A program made the position numbers and the translations under genes. Below, piece by piece: positions 48,822-58,282 of a stretch of 59,738 nt of DNA. Position 1 is the stretch's first letter. The number at the start of each line of letters is the position of its first letter. Source of the DNA: Acidimicrobiia bacterium. GTDB taxonomy: Bacteria; Actinomycetota; Acidimicrobiia; Acidimicrobiales; CADCSY01. The notes under the pieces are model-generated. The model searched no databases. It saw only the letters and a list, made by a program, of their open reading frames with translations, and had not been told where the DNA came from. Location of the stretch: NCBI GenBank assembly GCA_050249235.1, contig JBFWQW010000006.1:1-59738 (forward strand), given 5' to 3'.

Positions 48822-49529
48822 TTAGTAGTGGAGATTCAGATTCGCTTGGTCAGGCAAGCCAAGCTGGTACCCAAAGGTTCCGAACCCGAACGTATGCATA
48901 AACGTTGCTTCGTGCCAGGTATTATACGAAGGAATGTGCCACCCGAATATCGAAACTCCTTGATCTTGATAGAGACCGAAGATGTCATGCACGTCCCCCG
49001 AGTGGTTCGAGTGACGTAGTCCGAGCGTATGGCCGAACTCATGGGCTGCCACGTATCGCTGGTCAAGATTGCTGAGACCGCTCCAGGCATTGATGTTTAT
49101 GAAGACCAGCTTCTTGTCGCACACACGATGGGGATGAGTTCCATAGACCGCTGCGACGCCATCCCAGCATCGCGTCGTGAACGGCGGAAGCATGGGGTCG
49201 GTATGGGGGAAGAACAGTACGTCCTGAATCGAATTCCTTGCACCTCGGTTGATCGTGAGATCTGTTGGCTCTATCCAGTCCTCAATCGCTTGATTTATGA
49301 CATCATCAAACGCCCACGTTGCCGGGTTGAAGCTCCACGTGCTGACGCTCCACTCTTGAACCGGGTGATCGGCGAGCATCAGTCGCTCAGCCACAGCTAG
49401 GGGGTCCTCGTTGTATACCGACCCGAACGTGTTGGCGTCGGCACCTGAGTGAGCTTCCACTGGCCCTTCAAACAGAACGGATCCAAGAAGCGCCAGAAGG
49501 ACCGCACCAGCCATGGAGCGTCTCGACAT
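48822..49529 (-). CDS. secreted zinc metalloprotease, matrixin-like metzincin
   Basis: Signal peptide MSRRSMAGAVLLALLGSVLFEGPVEA. Extended zinc site VAAHEFGHTLGLRHSNH (HExxHxxGxxH). Candidate Met-turn at ATFMHTF. The codon usage is visibly AT-richer than in neighbouring genes. Confidence 0.8.
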   Translation of the reverse strand: MSRRSMAGAVLLALLGSVLFEGPVEAHSGADANTFGSVYNEDPLAVAERLMLADHPVQEWSVSTWSFNPATWAFDDVINQAIEDWIEPTDLTINRGARNSIQDVLFFPHTDPMLPPFTTRCWDGVAAVYGTHPHRVCDKKLVFININAWSGLSNLDQRYVAAHEFGHTLGLRHSNHSGDVHDIFGLYQDQGVSIFGWHIPSYNTWHEATFMHTFGFGTFGYQLGLPDQANLNLHY

Positions 49530-49632
49530 CTACCTTGACCCCTTGCTTCAGCACCGTTCGAGTCTCGATGCGGTTCGAGCATCTACTTACGCGCTGTTGT
49601 TGTCAATATCCGGGAGAACTACAGTGCGCGCG

Positions 49633-50130
49633 CTACTGGCGCTCGATGCGGTGGTAGCCGTCGGCCGGGTTCCACCACTCGATGACGAGGTGGTCGCCCT
49701 CGGGCCGGAGGTGGCCGAGCTCGGTGACGTCGACGCGGAAGAGGTCGTAGCTCCCCGGCTCGGGGTGCGGGTCGTCGCTCCCTTCACCGAGGGCGGCGCC
49801 GAACGCGGCCTGCACCTCGGGGTCGTCGACGAGGACGGCCCGGCCGGCCACCTTGGCGTCGCCGTCGGCCACGGCCTTGTCGACGGTGGCCGCGTGCAGC
49901 GCCACCCGGCCGTCCCGGCGCAGATCGGCGCCCTTGCGGGCGCCGGGCATGGAGCCCAGCCAGAGCTCGCCCAGCAGGAACGACGGCTCGATGCCCGTCA
50001 CCCGGGGCGAGCCGTCGGCCCGCAACGTCGCCATGATCGCCAGGCCGGTGGCCTGGAAGCGGGCCCGCACCTTCCCGGCCAGCACCTCGACGTCGCCCGC
50101 TGCGCCCTCCAGCTCACCCCACGTCGCCAT
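49633..50130 (-). CDS. pyridoxamine 5'-phosphate oxidase-family (split-barrel) protein
   Basis: LAIMATLRADGSPRVTGIEPSFLLGELWLGSMPGARKGADLRRDGRVALH is typical of PPOX-class proteins. Confidence 0.7.
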   Translation of the reverse strand: MATWGELEGAAGDVEVLAGKVRARFQATGLAIMATLRADGSPRVTGIEPSFLLGELWLGSMPGARKGADLRRDGRVALHAATVDKAVADGDAKVAGRAVLVDDPEVQAAFGAALGEGSDDPHPEPGSYDLFRVDVTELGHLRPEGDHLVIEWWNPADGYHRIERQ

Positions 50131-50187
50131 CGCCCCATCCTGCCGAGGCGGTGTGACAGCGGACCAGCGCAGCAGCAGCCGCTCGCG

Positions 50188-51156
50188 CTAGCCGACGAGG
50201 GCGGGGAGGCCGGCCCGGAGCTCGTCGAGCGTGGCCGCCAGGGCGGACGCCCACTCGGCGCCGGGGCCGTCGGCCGACATGGCCGCGCCCGTGCGGTCGC
50301 CGACGATGAGCAGCTCGTCGAGGCCGTCCGGCCCGGCCACCACGGCCTCCCAGGGCGTGCCGCCGGCCTGGAAGCGCATGTCGCCCATCACCACCGGCTC
50401 GCCGGCTCGGGTGTGGGACCCGGCGATCACGCACCGGAACAGGTCGCTGCCGAGCGTCCCGGCGGGGGTGGCGACCGCGCCCGCCGGCGTCCGCTGCAGG
50501 ATCACCACCGGGCCGACGTCGTGGACCCCGAGGAGGCTCACGGCCACCCGGCGCCCGTCGCCGAAGTCGCGCCAGGTGCTGGCCTCCTCGAAGCTGCCGT
50601 CGACGTGGCCCATCCTGCTGAAGGTCTTGTCGACCGTCGTGACGAGCCCGTCCACGCCGTCGTCCTCGTCGGGGAGGATCACCGGGAGCAGGTCGCCGTA
50701 GTGCTGCTTGGTCATGGCGATGGCCTCGGGGCTGGAGTACTGGGCCCGGAGCTCGGGGTTGGTGGGCCGCACCCGGTGGCCCCGGCGGTCGGCGAAGAAG
50801 ATGACCCGCCAGTTGCCCTCGACGTGCGGCGCGTCGCCGTCGCTGCCGTACGGGCGACCCGAGCGCTGGAGCCGGAACTCGCCGTGGTGGTAGCGGTCGC
50901 GGCCCACCCACAGCTCGCCCTTCATCACCACCCGGAAGTTGTCGCAGGGATGCGAGTGGGCCGGCGTGAGGTCGGTCGGTCCGGCCAGCTGCTCGGGCGT
51001 GGACGGCGCGTCGAAGAACAGCCCCACCAGCGGTCCGGCCACGGGGTCGCCGATGCCGACCAGGACCGGCATGCCCGAGCGCTCGTTGAGCGGCGGCTTC
51101 CCGAAGGAGAGGTCGAACTCGTCGCTCGGAAGGTCGAGCCCCGCAGCACCGATCAT
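50188..51156 (-). CDS. hypothetical protein, cupin-like
   Basis: PAHSHPCDNFRVVMKGELWVG resembles a cupin metal motif. 322 aa. Weak call. Confidence 0.45.
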   Translation of the reverse strand: MIGAAGLDLPSDEFDLSFGKPPLNERSGMPVLVGIGDPVAGPLVGLFFDAPSTPEQLAGPTDLTPAHSHPCDNFRVVMKGELWVGRDRYHHGEFRLQRSGRPYGSDGDAPHVEGNWRVIFFADRRGHRVRPTNPELRAQYSSPEAIAMTKQHYGDLLPVILPDEDDGVDGLVTTVDKTFSRMGHVDGSFEEASTWRDFGDGRRVAVSLLGVHDVGPVVILQRTPAGAVATPAGTLGSDLFRCVIAGSHTRAGEPVVMGDMRFQAGGTPWEAVVAGPDGLDELLIVGDRTGAAMSADGPGAEWASALAATLDELRAGLPALVG

Positions 51157-51257
51157 CCCGCACCCCCGTCTCGTCGCCCCGCCGGGGCGTCGTCAGCGTC
51201 GCCCTCAGCCTAGGCACGGCGTACGGGCCCGTCTCGGGCGAGGCGCGCCCCGTCCGC

Positions 51258-52517
51258 TCAGGAGCGGGGCCACGGGATCTCCCGCTCCCGGCTCGCGGCC
51301 GTGCGGGCGAGCAGGTCGACGAGGTCGGCCGGCGCGAGCGACCCCCGGAAGTCGGCGGCGACGTCGACCACCTGCGTCGACCCGGCCTCGACCTCCCGCT
51401 CCCCGACGACGGCCATGACGCAGTCACGGCGCTTGCGGCTGGCACGGATCCGCCCCCCGAGCGAGCCCTCCACGTCGACGACGGCACGGATCCCCGCGGC
51501 ACGGGCCGCGTCGAGCAGGGCGCGGGCGTTCCCGTCCTGGGCGGGCGCGACCGGCAGCACGCAGAGCTGCACCGGCGCCAGCCACAGCGGCAGCCGGCCC
51601 TGGTAGCGCTCGAGGAGGGCGGCGACCACCCGTTCCATGGCCCCGACCGTCCCCCGGTGGATCATGACCGGGCGGTGGCGGCCGCCGTCGACCCCGACGT
51701 ACGAGAGGTCGAAGCGGGCCGGCTGGTTGAAGTCCAGCTGGACGGTGGCGATGGTCTGGTCCTGGCCCCGGCCGTCACGCACCTGCAGGTCGAGCTTCGG
51801 CCCGTAGAAGGCGGCCTCGCCCTCCGCCTCGACCAGCGGCAGGTCGCCGTCGTCGAGCACCCGGTGGGCGGCGGCGCGCAGCGCCTCTTCGGCCTCGCGC
51901 CACTGCTCGTCGGACCCGAGGTACCCGCCGCCACCGTCCCGCCGGGAGAGCCGGACGGCGTCGACCGGCAGGCCGAGGACGAGCTGCGCCCGCAGGGCGG
52001 ACCGGAGCGCCAGGGCCACCTCGTCCGCCGTCTGGTCGGGCCGGCAGAAGACGTGGGTGTCGTCGAGGTTGATCTGGCGGACCCGGCTCAGCCCGGACAG
52101 CACGCCGGAGCGCTCGGCACGGAACATCGCCCCCAGCTCGTTCAGGCGGATCGGCAGCTCCCGGTGCGAGCGCGGCTGCGCGGCGAAGATCATGGCGTGG
52201 TGGGGGCAGTTCGCCGGCCGGAGCACGAGCTCGTCACCGCCGACCCTCATGGGCGGGAACATGTCGTCGCTGAACTTCTCCCAGTGCCCCGAGGCCTCGA
52301 ACAACGACCGTTTCGCCAGCACGGGTGAGTACACGGGCTGGCAGCCGTCGTCGCGGGCGATCTCCTCCGCGAGCAGCTCGAGCTGGCGCCGGATGGCGGC
52401 CCCGGCGGGCAGCCAGAGCGGCAGGCCCGACCCGACCGCGGGGTCGGTCGTGAAGACGGCGAGGTCGGGATTGATGTCGCGGTGGTCGAGCGGCTGCGGC
52501 TCGGAAGGTTCGTCCAC
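51258..52517 (-). CDS. threonyl-tRNA synthetase-like class II aaRS lacking the TGS and editing domains
   Basis: Begins at DHRDINPDL and aligns to the ThrRS catalytic core (RPANCPHHAMIF, FRAERSGVLSGLSRVRQINLDDTHVFC) plus an anticodon-binding domain. GTG at 52517 has a GAGGAG SD with a 6-nt spacer. Confidence 0.85.
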   Translation of the reverse strand: MDEPSEPQPLDHRDINPDLAVFTTDPAVGSGLPLWLPAGAAIRRQLELLAEEIARDDGCQPVYSPVLAKRSLFEASGHWEKFSDDMFPPMRVGGDELVLRPANCPHHAMIFAAQPRSHRELPIRLNELGAMFRAERSGVLSGLSRVRQINLDDTHVFCRPDQTADEVALALRSALRAQLVLGLPVDAVRLSRRDGGGGYLGSDEQWREAEEALRAAAHRVLDDGDLPLVEAEGEAAFYGPKLDLQVRDGRGQDQTIATVQLDFNQPARFDLSYVGVDGGRHRPVMIHRGTVGAMERVVAALLERYQGRLPLWLAPVQLCVLPVAPAQDGNARALLDAARAAGIRAVVDVEGSLGGRIRASRKRRDCVMAVVGEREVEAGSTQVVDVAADFRGSLAPADLVDLLARTAASREREIPWPRS

Positions 52518-52764
52518 GGTGGGCTCCTCTGGCGGTGATGCCTCGGAGCACGGCGACGGGACGACGACGCCCCGGAGCATGGCTCCGGGGCTGGATGGGT
52601 GCCGGCTAGTGCCGCCCGCCGCGCCGGAGGTCGTCCGGCGTCGTCGTCATCTGCGGGCTGCGCATTGCCGGAGGGTACGCCGGCACGGACCGCGGCGGCG
52701 CCGACTTCCGCGGGGCGTCACCGGCCGTGACGGGCAGCCGGTGCCGGGGCGAGACTGGTGGCCG

Positions 52765-53154
52765 ATGGACTGGGACCGAGCACGGCCGGACGTCGAGGAG
52801 CGACTGCACGAGATCTGCGTCGCCCTGCCCGAGGTGCACGAGGGACCCGCCGCCAACGGCCGGAGCTGGCTGATCCGCAAGAACCACTTCTGCCAGGTGT
52901 TCACCGTCGACGAGGGCGACACCCAGAAGGGCATCATCATCTTCCGGTCGCAGCCGCCCGAGCTCGACGCGCTCGTCCACGCCGGCCACCCGTTCTTCAA
53001 GCCCGGCTGGGGCGCGAGGGTCATGGCCATGGTCGTCGACGACGGCCTCGACTGGGAGGAGGTCGCCGAGCTGGTCACGGACAGCTACTGCATCCAGGCG
53101 CCCAGGAAGCTCGCCGCCCGCGTGGGCGGTGCGTCCCGGCTGGACGACCGATGA
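52765..53154 (+). CDS. MmcQ/YjbR-family protein
   Basis: ALPEVHEG..., FFKPGWGARVMAMVVDDGLDWEEVAELVTDSYCIQAPRKL fits the family tail pattern (SY..APK.L). Confidence 0.6.
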   Translation: MDWDRARPDVEERLHEICVALPEVHEGPAANGRSWLIRKNHFCQVFTVDEGDTQKGIIIFRSQPPELDALVHAGHPFFKPGWGARVMAMVVDDGLDWEEVAELVTDSYCIQAPRKLAARVGGASRLDDR

Positions 53155-53179
53155 CGACGACCCGGAGCTCCTCGCCGGC

Positions 53180-53560
53180 TCAGCGGTCGGGGGTGAAGGT
53201 GCGGCGGGCGAACCGCCAGCGGCCGTCGACGCGCCGGACCTCGTCCTCGTAGGCGCCCATCACGGCCACCGCCGGCGGGCTGCCGGCAAAGACGAGCACG
53301 TAAGCCTTCACCGTGCCCTCGTCGCCCTGGAGGTCGATGACCTCGTTGGCGACGACGTGTCGGCCGGCGAGGCCCAGGTTCTCGGCGAAGCCCCGCAGCT
53401 CGTCGGCGCCCTTCAGCACCCGGCCGCCGGCATCGAACACGCCGTCGTCGGTGAACAGGCCCACCCACTCGTCGACGAGCCGCCCGTCGATGGCGTGGTT
53501 GTACCGGGCCAGGAGCTCACGCACCAGCTCACGGTCCTCGGCGGTCGCGGTCGTGCCCAT
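53180..53560 (-). CDS. SnoaL-like / NTF2-superfamily protein
   Basis: LLARYNHAIDGRLVDEWVGLFTDDGVFD...DGRWRFARRTF is typical of SnoaL_4. Confidence 0.7.
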   Translation of the reverse strand: MGTTATAEDRELVRELLARYNHAIDGRLVDEWVGLFTDDGVFDAGGRVLKGADELRGFAENLGLAGRHVVANEVIDLQGDEGTVKAYVLVFAGSPPAVAVMGAYEDEVRRVDGRWRFARRTFTPDR

Positions 53561-53650
53561 CGGTCCTCCTTCGACGTGTCCGGGCGAAGCTAGCCACCGG
53601 CGACGGGCCGGGCGGGCGGCCGCCCGAGCCGCCCGGGGGGCGGTCGCGTC

Positions 53651-56119
53651 TCAGCGGACGGGCACCCAGGCCACCAGCAGCTGGGTGACCCGCACGTCGG
53701 CCCGCTCGAGGGTCACCCGGAGGGTGGTGACGTCGGCCGCGGCCGCGTCCCAGCGGGCCGCGATCTCGGTCAGCTCGTCGGCCAGCTCGTCCTCCAGCGC
53801 CTCGAGCTCGGCGGTGAGCCGCTCGATCCTGCCCTCGGCCGCCTCGACCCTCCGCTTCGACGCCGAGGTGCGGCCCCGCCGCCCCGCCGCGGTGCCGGCC
53901 TTGCCGAGCACCGAGCCCAGGAGGTCACCCTTGGAGCGCTTGCCTCCGAGCAGGCCACCGAGGATCGACCCGGCGGTCGAGAGCAGCTCGGAGTTCCGGC
54001 GTCCCTTGGCCTCCTCCTCGAGCACGTCGGTCCGGTCCTCGGCCGCGGCCAGCTGATCCCGTAGGCGGGTGGCTCGCTGCTCGTACTTCTCACGCAGCCC
54101 CGCGACCTCGTCCTCGGACCGCCGGTCGGCGACCTGGTCGCAGCGGGCCCGGAAGGAAGCGGGGTCCTCACCGGGCCGGGCGGCCAGGTCGAGCCCGGTG
54201 TTGGCGGGCAGCTCGAGGGAGAGGCTCCGGGTCAGGTGGTCGACGAGGTCGCGCTCGACCTGGCGCAGGAAGGCCGCCTTCCCGATGGGCGCCGGCCCCA
54301 GCGCGTAGACGGCCCCCGCCGGCGGCTCGGCCCGCAGGTCGCGGTCGTCCACGTCGACCGCCACCGCCCGGGTGACGTCGACGGCGTCACCCAACGGGAA
54401 CAGCACGGCCTCGTACTCGGTGTCGTGCACGAGGTCGGCCCTGGTCTCGTCGTAGCGCAGCGCCACCCGGGCCACCACGGCCGGCTCGTGGCGGGTGCCG
54501 GCCGGGTCGCCGCCCACCTCGCGGAGCCACGGCGCGGCCGGGTCGACCCACCGGACCGGGATCCCCGCCGCGATGGGAGGCGCCACGGTCGACTCGTCGG
54601 CAGCCAGGGCGGTCGCCCGATCCGCGCCGGGCTCGGCACCGCCGGCGGCACCCACGGCTGGCGCCCCCGTCCCCGCACCGGCGGCACCAGCCGCGCCGGT
54701 CGGCACGGTCGATCCCGGATCCGGCAGGGTCGATCCGGCCGGGAGCCGGGCCGCCGTGAGGGCGGCGATCTGGTCTCGGGTCAGCGGTCCGCGCAGGTAG
54801 CTCATGGCCCACCGGGTGGAGAAGACCTCCGGCTGGTCGCGCCCGGCCCGGCGCAAGACGAACTCCCGCTTGGCCAGCCCGGAGATGGTGGCCCCGACGG
54901 CGTCGATGTCGACCGCGCCGCTGGCGGCCCGCATCCCGTCGAGCAGGCGCTGCTTGTCCTGGTCGGTCTGGAGGCGGCCGATCATCCAGGTGCCGGCGTT
55001 CGACAGCGCCTTGTAGTCCACGTCGACCGGGTTCTGGGTGGCGAGCACCACCCCGACGCCGAAGGCCCGGGCCTGCTTCATCAGGGTCATGATCGGCTTC
55101 TTGGTGGGTGGCTCGGCGGTGGGCGGCAGGTAGCCGGCCACCTCGTCGAGGTAGAGCAGGGCCCGCAGGTCGGACGTGCCGCTCTGGCGGCGCGTCCACG
55201 TGACGAGCTTGGCGAGCAGCAGCGAGGTGACGAACTGGCGCTCCCCGTCGTCGAGGTGGGCGGTGGTGACGACCGCGCACCGAGGGCGGCCGTCGGCGTC
55301 GAACAGCATCGACCGGATGTCGACGGGGTCTCCCTGGGCCCACGCCGCGAACGACGGGGAGGCCAGCAGCCCGTTGAGCTTCATGGCCAGGGCCATGCGG
55401 TCGGCCGGCGGGAAGAACTGGTCGAGGTCGAACACCCCGAGCTTGCGGATGGTCGGCGTCGCCACCAGGCCGACCAGGGTCGGCAGGTCGAGCGGCCGGC
55501 CGTTGCGCCAGGCGTCGTCGACCAGGTTGGCGAGGAGGATGTGCTCCCGGCTGGCCAGCGGGTCGGCGGCGAGCCCGACGAGGCCGAGGATCCCCGAGAC
55601 CAGGCCCTCGATCTCGTCGGCCACCAGCTCGGGGTCGCCGAGGTCGGCCGGCGCCTGCAGGGAGCCGACCAGGTTCAGGGGCACCCCGGCCGAGGAGCCG
55701 GGCGTGTAGATCGTGACGTCGACCGACGAGCGCAGGGCGGCGATGTCGGCTCCGGAGCGGCCCCATCGGGCCAGGCCCTCGGTCCACTGCTCGGCCTGGT
55801 CCGCGGCGAACGCCTCGGGCGTGACGCCGGCCGCCCGGGCCTGGCCCTCGTCGATCCAAGGCCGGAACTCCTCGGCGGTGAGGCCGGGGAAGAGGAGGCA
55901 GAGGTTGGTGAGGTCGCCCTTCGGGTCGATGAGCAGGGCCGGCAGCCCGGCCCGGAGCACCTCCTCCACCAGCACGATCCCGAGGCCGGTCTTGCCCGAG
56001 CCGGTCATCCCCACGATCACGCCGTGGGTGGTGAAGAGGTCGGTGCCGAGCCGCACCTCCCCGCCCGTGGGCTCGTGCGTCCCGGCGTCGACGGTGCCCC
56101 CCAGGAAGAGCTCGGCCAT
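53651..56119 (-). CDS. HerA/FtsK-superfamily P-loop ATPase (DUF87-like) with long C-terminal coiled-coil tail
   Basis: Walker A GMTGSGKTG, Walker B-like LLYLDEVAGY, and VVLATQNPVDVDYKALSNAGTWMIGRLQ. The C-terminal 300 aa are Arg/Glu/Ala-rich and helical. Confidence 0.7.
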   Translation of the reverse strand: MAELFLGGTVDAGTHEPTGGEVRLGTDLFTTHGVIVGMTGSGKTGLGIVLVEEVLRAGLPALLIDPKGDLTNLCLLFPGLTAEEFRPWIDEGQARAAGVTPEAFAADQAEQWTEGLARWGRSGADIAALRSSVDVTIYTPGSSAGVPLNLVGSLQAPADLGDPELVADEIEGLVSGILGLVGLAADPLASREHILLANLVDDAWRNGRPLDLPTLVGLVATPTIRKLGVFDLDQFFPPADRMALAMKLNGLLASPSFAAWAQGDPVDIRSMLFDADGRPRCAVVTTAHLDDGERQFVTSLLLAKLVTWTRRQSGTSDLRALLYLDEVAGYLPPTAEPPTKKPIMTLMKQARAFGVGVVLATQNPVDVDYKALSNAGTWMIGRLQTDQDKQRLLDGMRAASGAVDIDAVGATISGLAKREFVLRRAGRDQPEVFSTRWAMSYLRGPLTRDQIAALTAARLPAGSTLPDPGSTVPTGAAGAAGAGTGAPAVGAAGGAEPGADRATALAADESTVAPPIAAGIPVRWVDPAAPWLREVGGDPAGTRHEPAVVARVALRYDETRADLVHDTEYEAVLFPLGDAVDVTRAVAVDVDDRDLRAEPPAGAVYALGPAPIGKAAFLRQVERDLVDHLTRSLSLELPANTGLDLAARPGEDPASFRARCDQVADRRSEDEVAGLREKYEQRATRLRDQLAAAEDRTDVLEEEAKGRRNSELLSTAGSILGGLLGGKRSKGDLLGSVLGKAGTAAGRRGRTSASKRRVEAAEGRIERLTAELEALEDELADELTEIAARWDAAAADVTTLRVTLERADVRVTQLLVAWVPVR

Positions 56120-56230
56120 CCGGCGACGGTAGCCCGCGGCCGGAGCCCGGCCCCCGGGTCACGGGCCCCGCTCCTGCGGGGCGGGGCCGGTTCCGTCGCC
56201 GGCCGACCACCCCGCCCGGTCGACGAGGTC

Positions 56231-57115
56231 CTACAACCCCTTGACGATGTCGGCCATCAGGTCGCCCACCTCGGTGGGGTTGAGGCCCACGGCCACCCCG
56301 GCCGCCCGCAGGGCGTCCATCTTCCCGGCGGCGGTGCCCTTGCCGCCCGAGACGATGGCCCCGGCATGGCCCATCTTCTTGCCGGGCGGTGCCGTCACGC
56401 CGGCCACGTAGGCGGCGACCGGCTTGTCCATCCGGGTGGCGATGTACTCGGCCGCCTCTTCCTCGGCCGACCCGCCGATCTCGCCGAACATGATCACGGC
56501 CTTGGTGTCGGGGTCGGCCTGGAAGGCCTCGAGGCAGTCGATGAAGCTCGTGCCGGGAACGGGGTCGCCGCCGATGCCCACACAGGTGGTGACGCCGATC
56601 CCCTTCTGGCCGAGCTCGGCGAGGGCCTGGTAGGTGAGGGTGCCGGACCGGCTGACGATGCCGACCGGACCGCCGGGCAGAGCCACCTCGGCGGGGATGA
56701 AGCCGATGTTGCACTCGCCGACGGTGACCAGCCCGGGGCAGTTCGGGCCGAGCACCCGGGTGCCGGGGTGGTCGCGGCGGATCTTGTTGTAGAAGTAGGC
56801 CTCGTCGTGGGCCGGGATGCCCTCGGTCAGGCAGACGGCCAGCTCGATGCCGGCCGCGGCCGCCTCGAGCACGGCCGACGGTGCGCCACCGGCGGGCACG
56901 AGGATCATCGAGACGGTGGCGCCCGTGGCCTCCCTCGCCTCGGCGACCGAGGCGAAGACGGGGATGCCCTCCACGTCCGTCCCGGCCTTCTTGGGGTTCA
57001 CGCCCCCCACCACCTGGGTGCCGTACTCGCGGTTGCGCAACGCGTAGAAGCGGCCCTGCGAGCCGGTGATGCCCTGGACGATCACCTTGGTGTCGCGGTT
57101 CACGAAGATCGACAT
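56231..57115 (-). CDS. sucD: succinyl-CoA synthetase alpha subunit
   Basis: VIVQGITGSQG, SRSGTLTYQ and MGHAGAIVSGGKGTA. Confidence 0.95.
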   Translation of the reverse strand: MSIFVNRDTKVIVQGITGSQGRFYALRNREYGTQVVGGVNPKKAGTDVEGIPVFASVAEAREATGATVSMILVPAGGAPSAVLEAAAAGIELAVCLTEGIPAHDEAYFYNKIRRDHPGTRVLGPNCPGLVTVGECNIGFIPAEVALPGGPVGIVSRSGTLTYQALAELGQKGIGVTTCVGIGGDPVPGTSFIDCLEAFQADPDTKAVIMFGEIGGSAEEEAAEYIATRMDKPVAAYVAGVTAPPGKKMGHAGAIVSGGKGTAAGKMDALRAAGVAVGLNPTEVGDLMADIVKGL

Positions 57116-57119
57116 CGGA

Positions 57120-58265
57120 CTACTTCCCTCCGGCCAGCTCGACGGCCCGGCGGGCGGCGTCGATCATCGTCGGCTGCGAGATCAGCCGCTCGGACTCGTG
57201 CTCGGCCAGGATGGCCCGGCCCTGCTCGGCGTTGGTGCCGTCGAGGCGGATGACGATCGGGGACGAGATGTCGACCCGACCGAGCGCCTGGACGATGCCG
57301 TTGGCGACCTCTTCGCCCTTGGTGATGCCACCGAAGATGTTGATGAAGATCGCGGTCACCTTGTCGTCGGCGTTGATGACCTCGAGGGCGTTGGCCATCA
57401 CGTCAGCGCTGGCACCGCCGCCGATGTCGAGGAAGTTGGCCGGCGAGCCGCCCACCTGGTTGACGACGTCGCAGGTGCTCATGGCCAGGCCGGCCCCGTT
57501 GGCGATGACACCGACGTTGCCGTCGAGGCCCACGTACTGCAGGCCCTTCTCCTTGGCCAGCTTCTCGCGGGGATCCATCTCGGTGAGGCCCCGCCACTGG
57601 TCCCGCTCGGGGTGCCTGAAGTCGGCGTTCTCGTCCAGGGTGACCTTGGCGTCGAGGGCGTGGACCCGACCGTCAGGCGTGAGGATCAGCGGGTTGATCT
57701 CGGCCAGGTCGGCGTCGCCCTTGACGTAGGCGTCGTAGAGCTTCAGCAGGATGTCGACGGCGCCGTCGGTGGCGATCGGGTTGAGCTTCGCCGCCTCGAC
57801 CCAGGCCCGGGCCTGCTCGGCCCCGAGGCCCACGGCCGGGTCGACGTGGATGCGGGCGATGGCCTCGGGGTTCTCCTCGGCGACCGCCTCGATCTCGACG
57901 CCGCCCTGGGCCGAGAGCATGCCGAGGTGCGCCTTGGCCGACCGGTCGAGGGTGAAGCTGGCGTAGTACTCCTCGGCGATGTCCGAGGCCTTCTCGATCC
58001 AGACCCGGCGCACCACGTGGCCCTTGATGTCGAGGCCGAGGATGTTCGTGGCGTGCTCCCGGGCCTCCTCGGTGCTCGTGGCCAGCTTCACGCCGCCGGC
58101 CTTGCCCCGCCCTCCCACCTGGACCTGGGCCTTCACGACCACGGGGTAGCCGAGGCGGTCGGCCGCGGCCACCGCGTCCTCCACCGTGTCGACGGCCTCG
58201 CCCGGCGACACGGGGATGCCGTAGGACGCGAAGAACTGCTTGCCCTGGTACTCGAAGAGGTCCAA
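57120..58265 (-). CDS. sucC: succinyl-CoA synthetase beta subunit
   Basis: (M)DLFEYQGKQFF and VVKAQVQVGGRGKAGGVK. TTG at 58265 is preceded by AGGAG and a 6-nt spacer. The track ORF extends further upstream. Confidence 0.95.
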   Translation of the reverse strand: MDLFEYQGKQFFASYGIPVSPGEAVDTVEDAVAAADRLGYPVVVKAQVQVGGRGKAGGVKLATSTEEAREHATNILGLDIKGHVVRRVWIEKASDIAEEYYASFTLDRSAKAHLGMLSAQGGVEIEAVAEENPEAIARIHVDPAVGLGAEQARAWVEAAKLNPIATDGAVDILLKLYDAYVKGDADLAEINPLILTPDGRVHALDAKVTLDENADFRHPERDQWRGLTEMDPREKLAKEKGLQYVGLDGNVGVIANGAGLAMSTCDVVNQVGGSPANFLDIGGGASADVMANALEVINADDKVTAIFINIFGGITKGEEVANGIVQALGRVDISSPIVIRLDGTNAEQGRAILAEHESERLISQPTMIDAARRAVELAGGK

Positions 58266-58282
58266 CTCGTGCTCCTGGGAGG

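Noticed and set aside
49580-49606. Canonical TTGACA (-35, minus strand, 49606..49601) upstream of the metzincin gene as a promoter.
   Set aside because: The best -10-like hexamers (TAAGTA, TAGATG) sit 11 and 15 nt away, shorter than the usual 16-18 nt spacing. This is not enough to call a promoter.
52581-52764. T-box or other leader upstream of the ThrRS-like gene.
   Set aside because: I found no match to the conserved T-box core (GGGTGGTACCGCG-like) on the correct strand. The only vaguely similar string is on the opposite strand.
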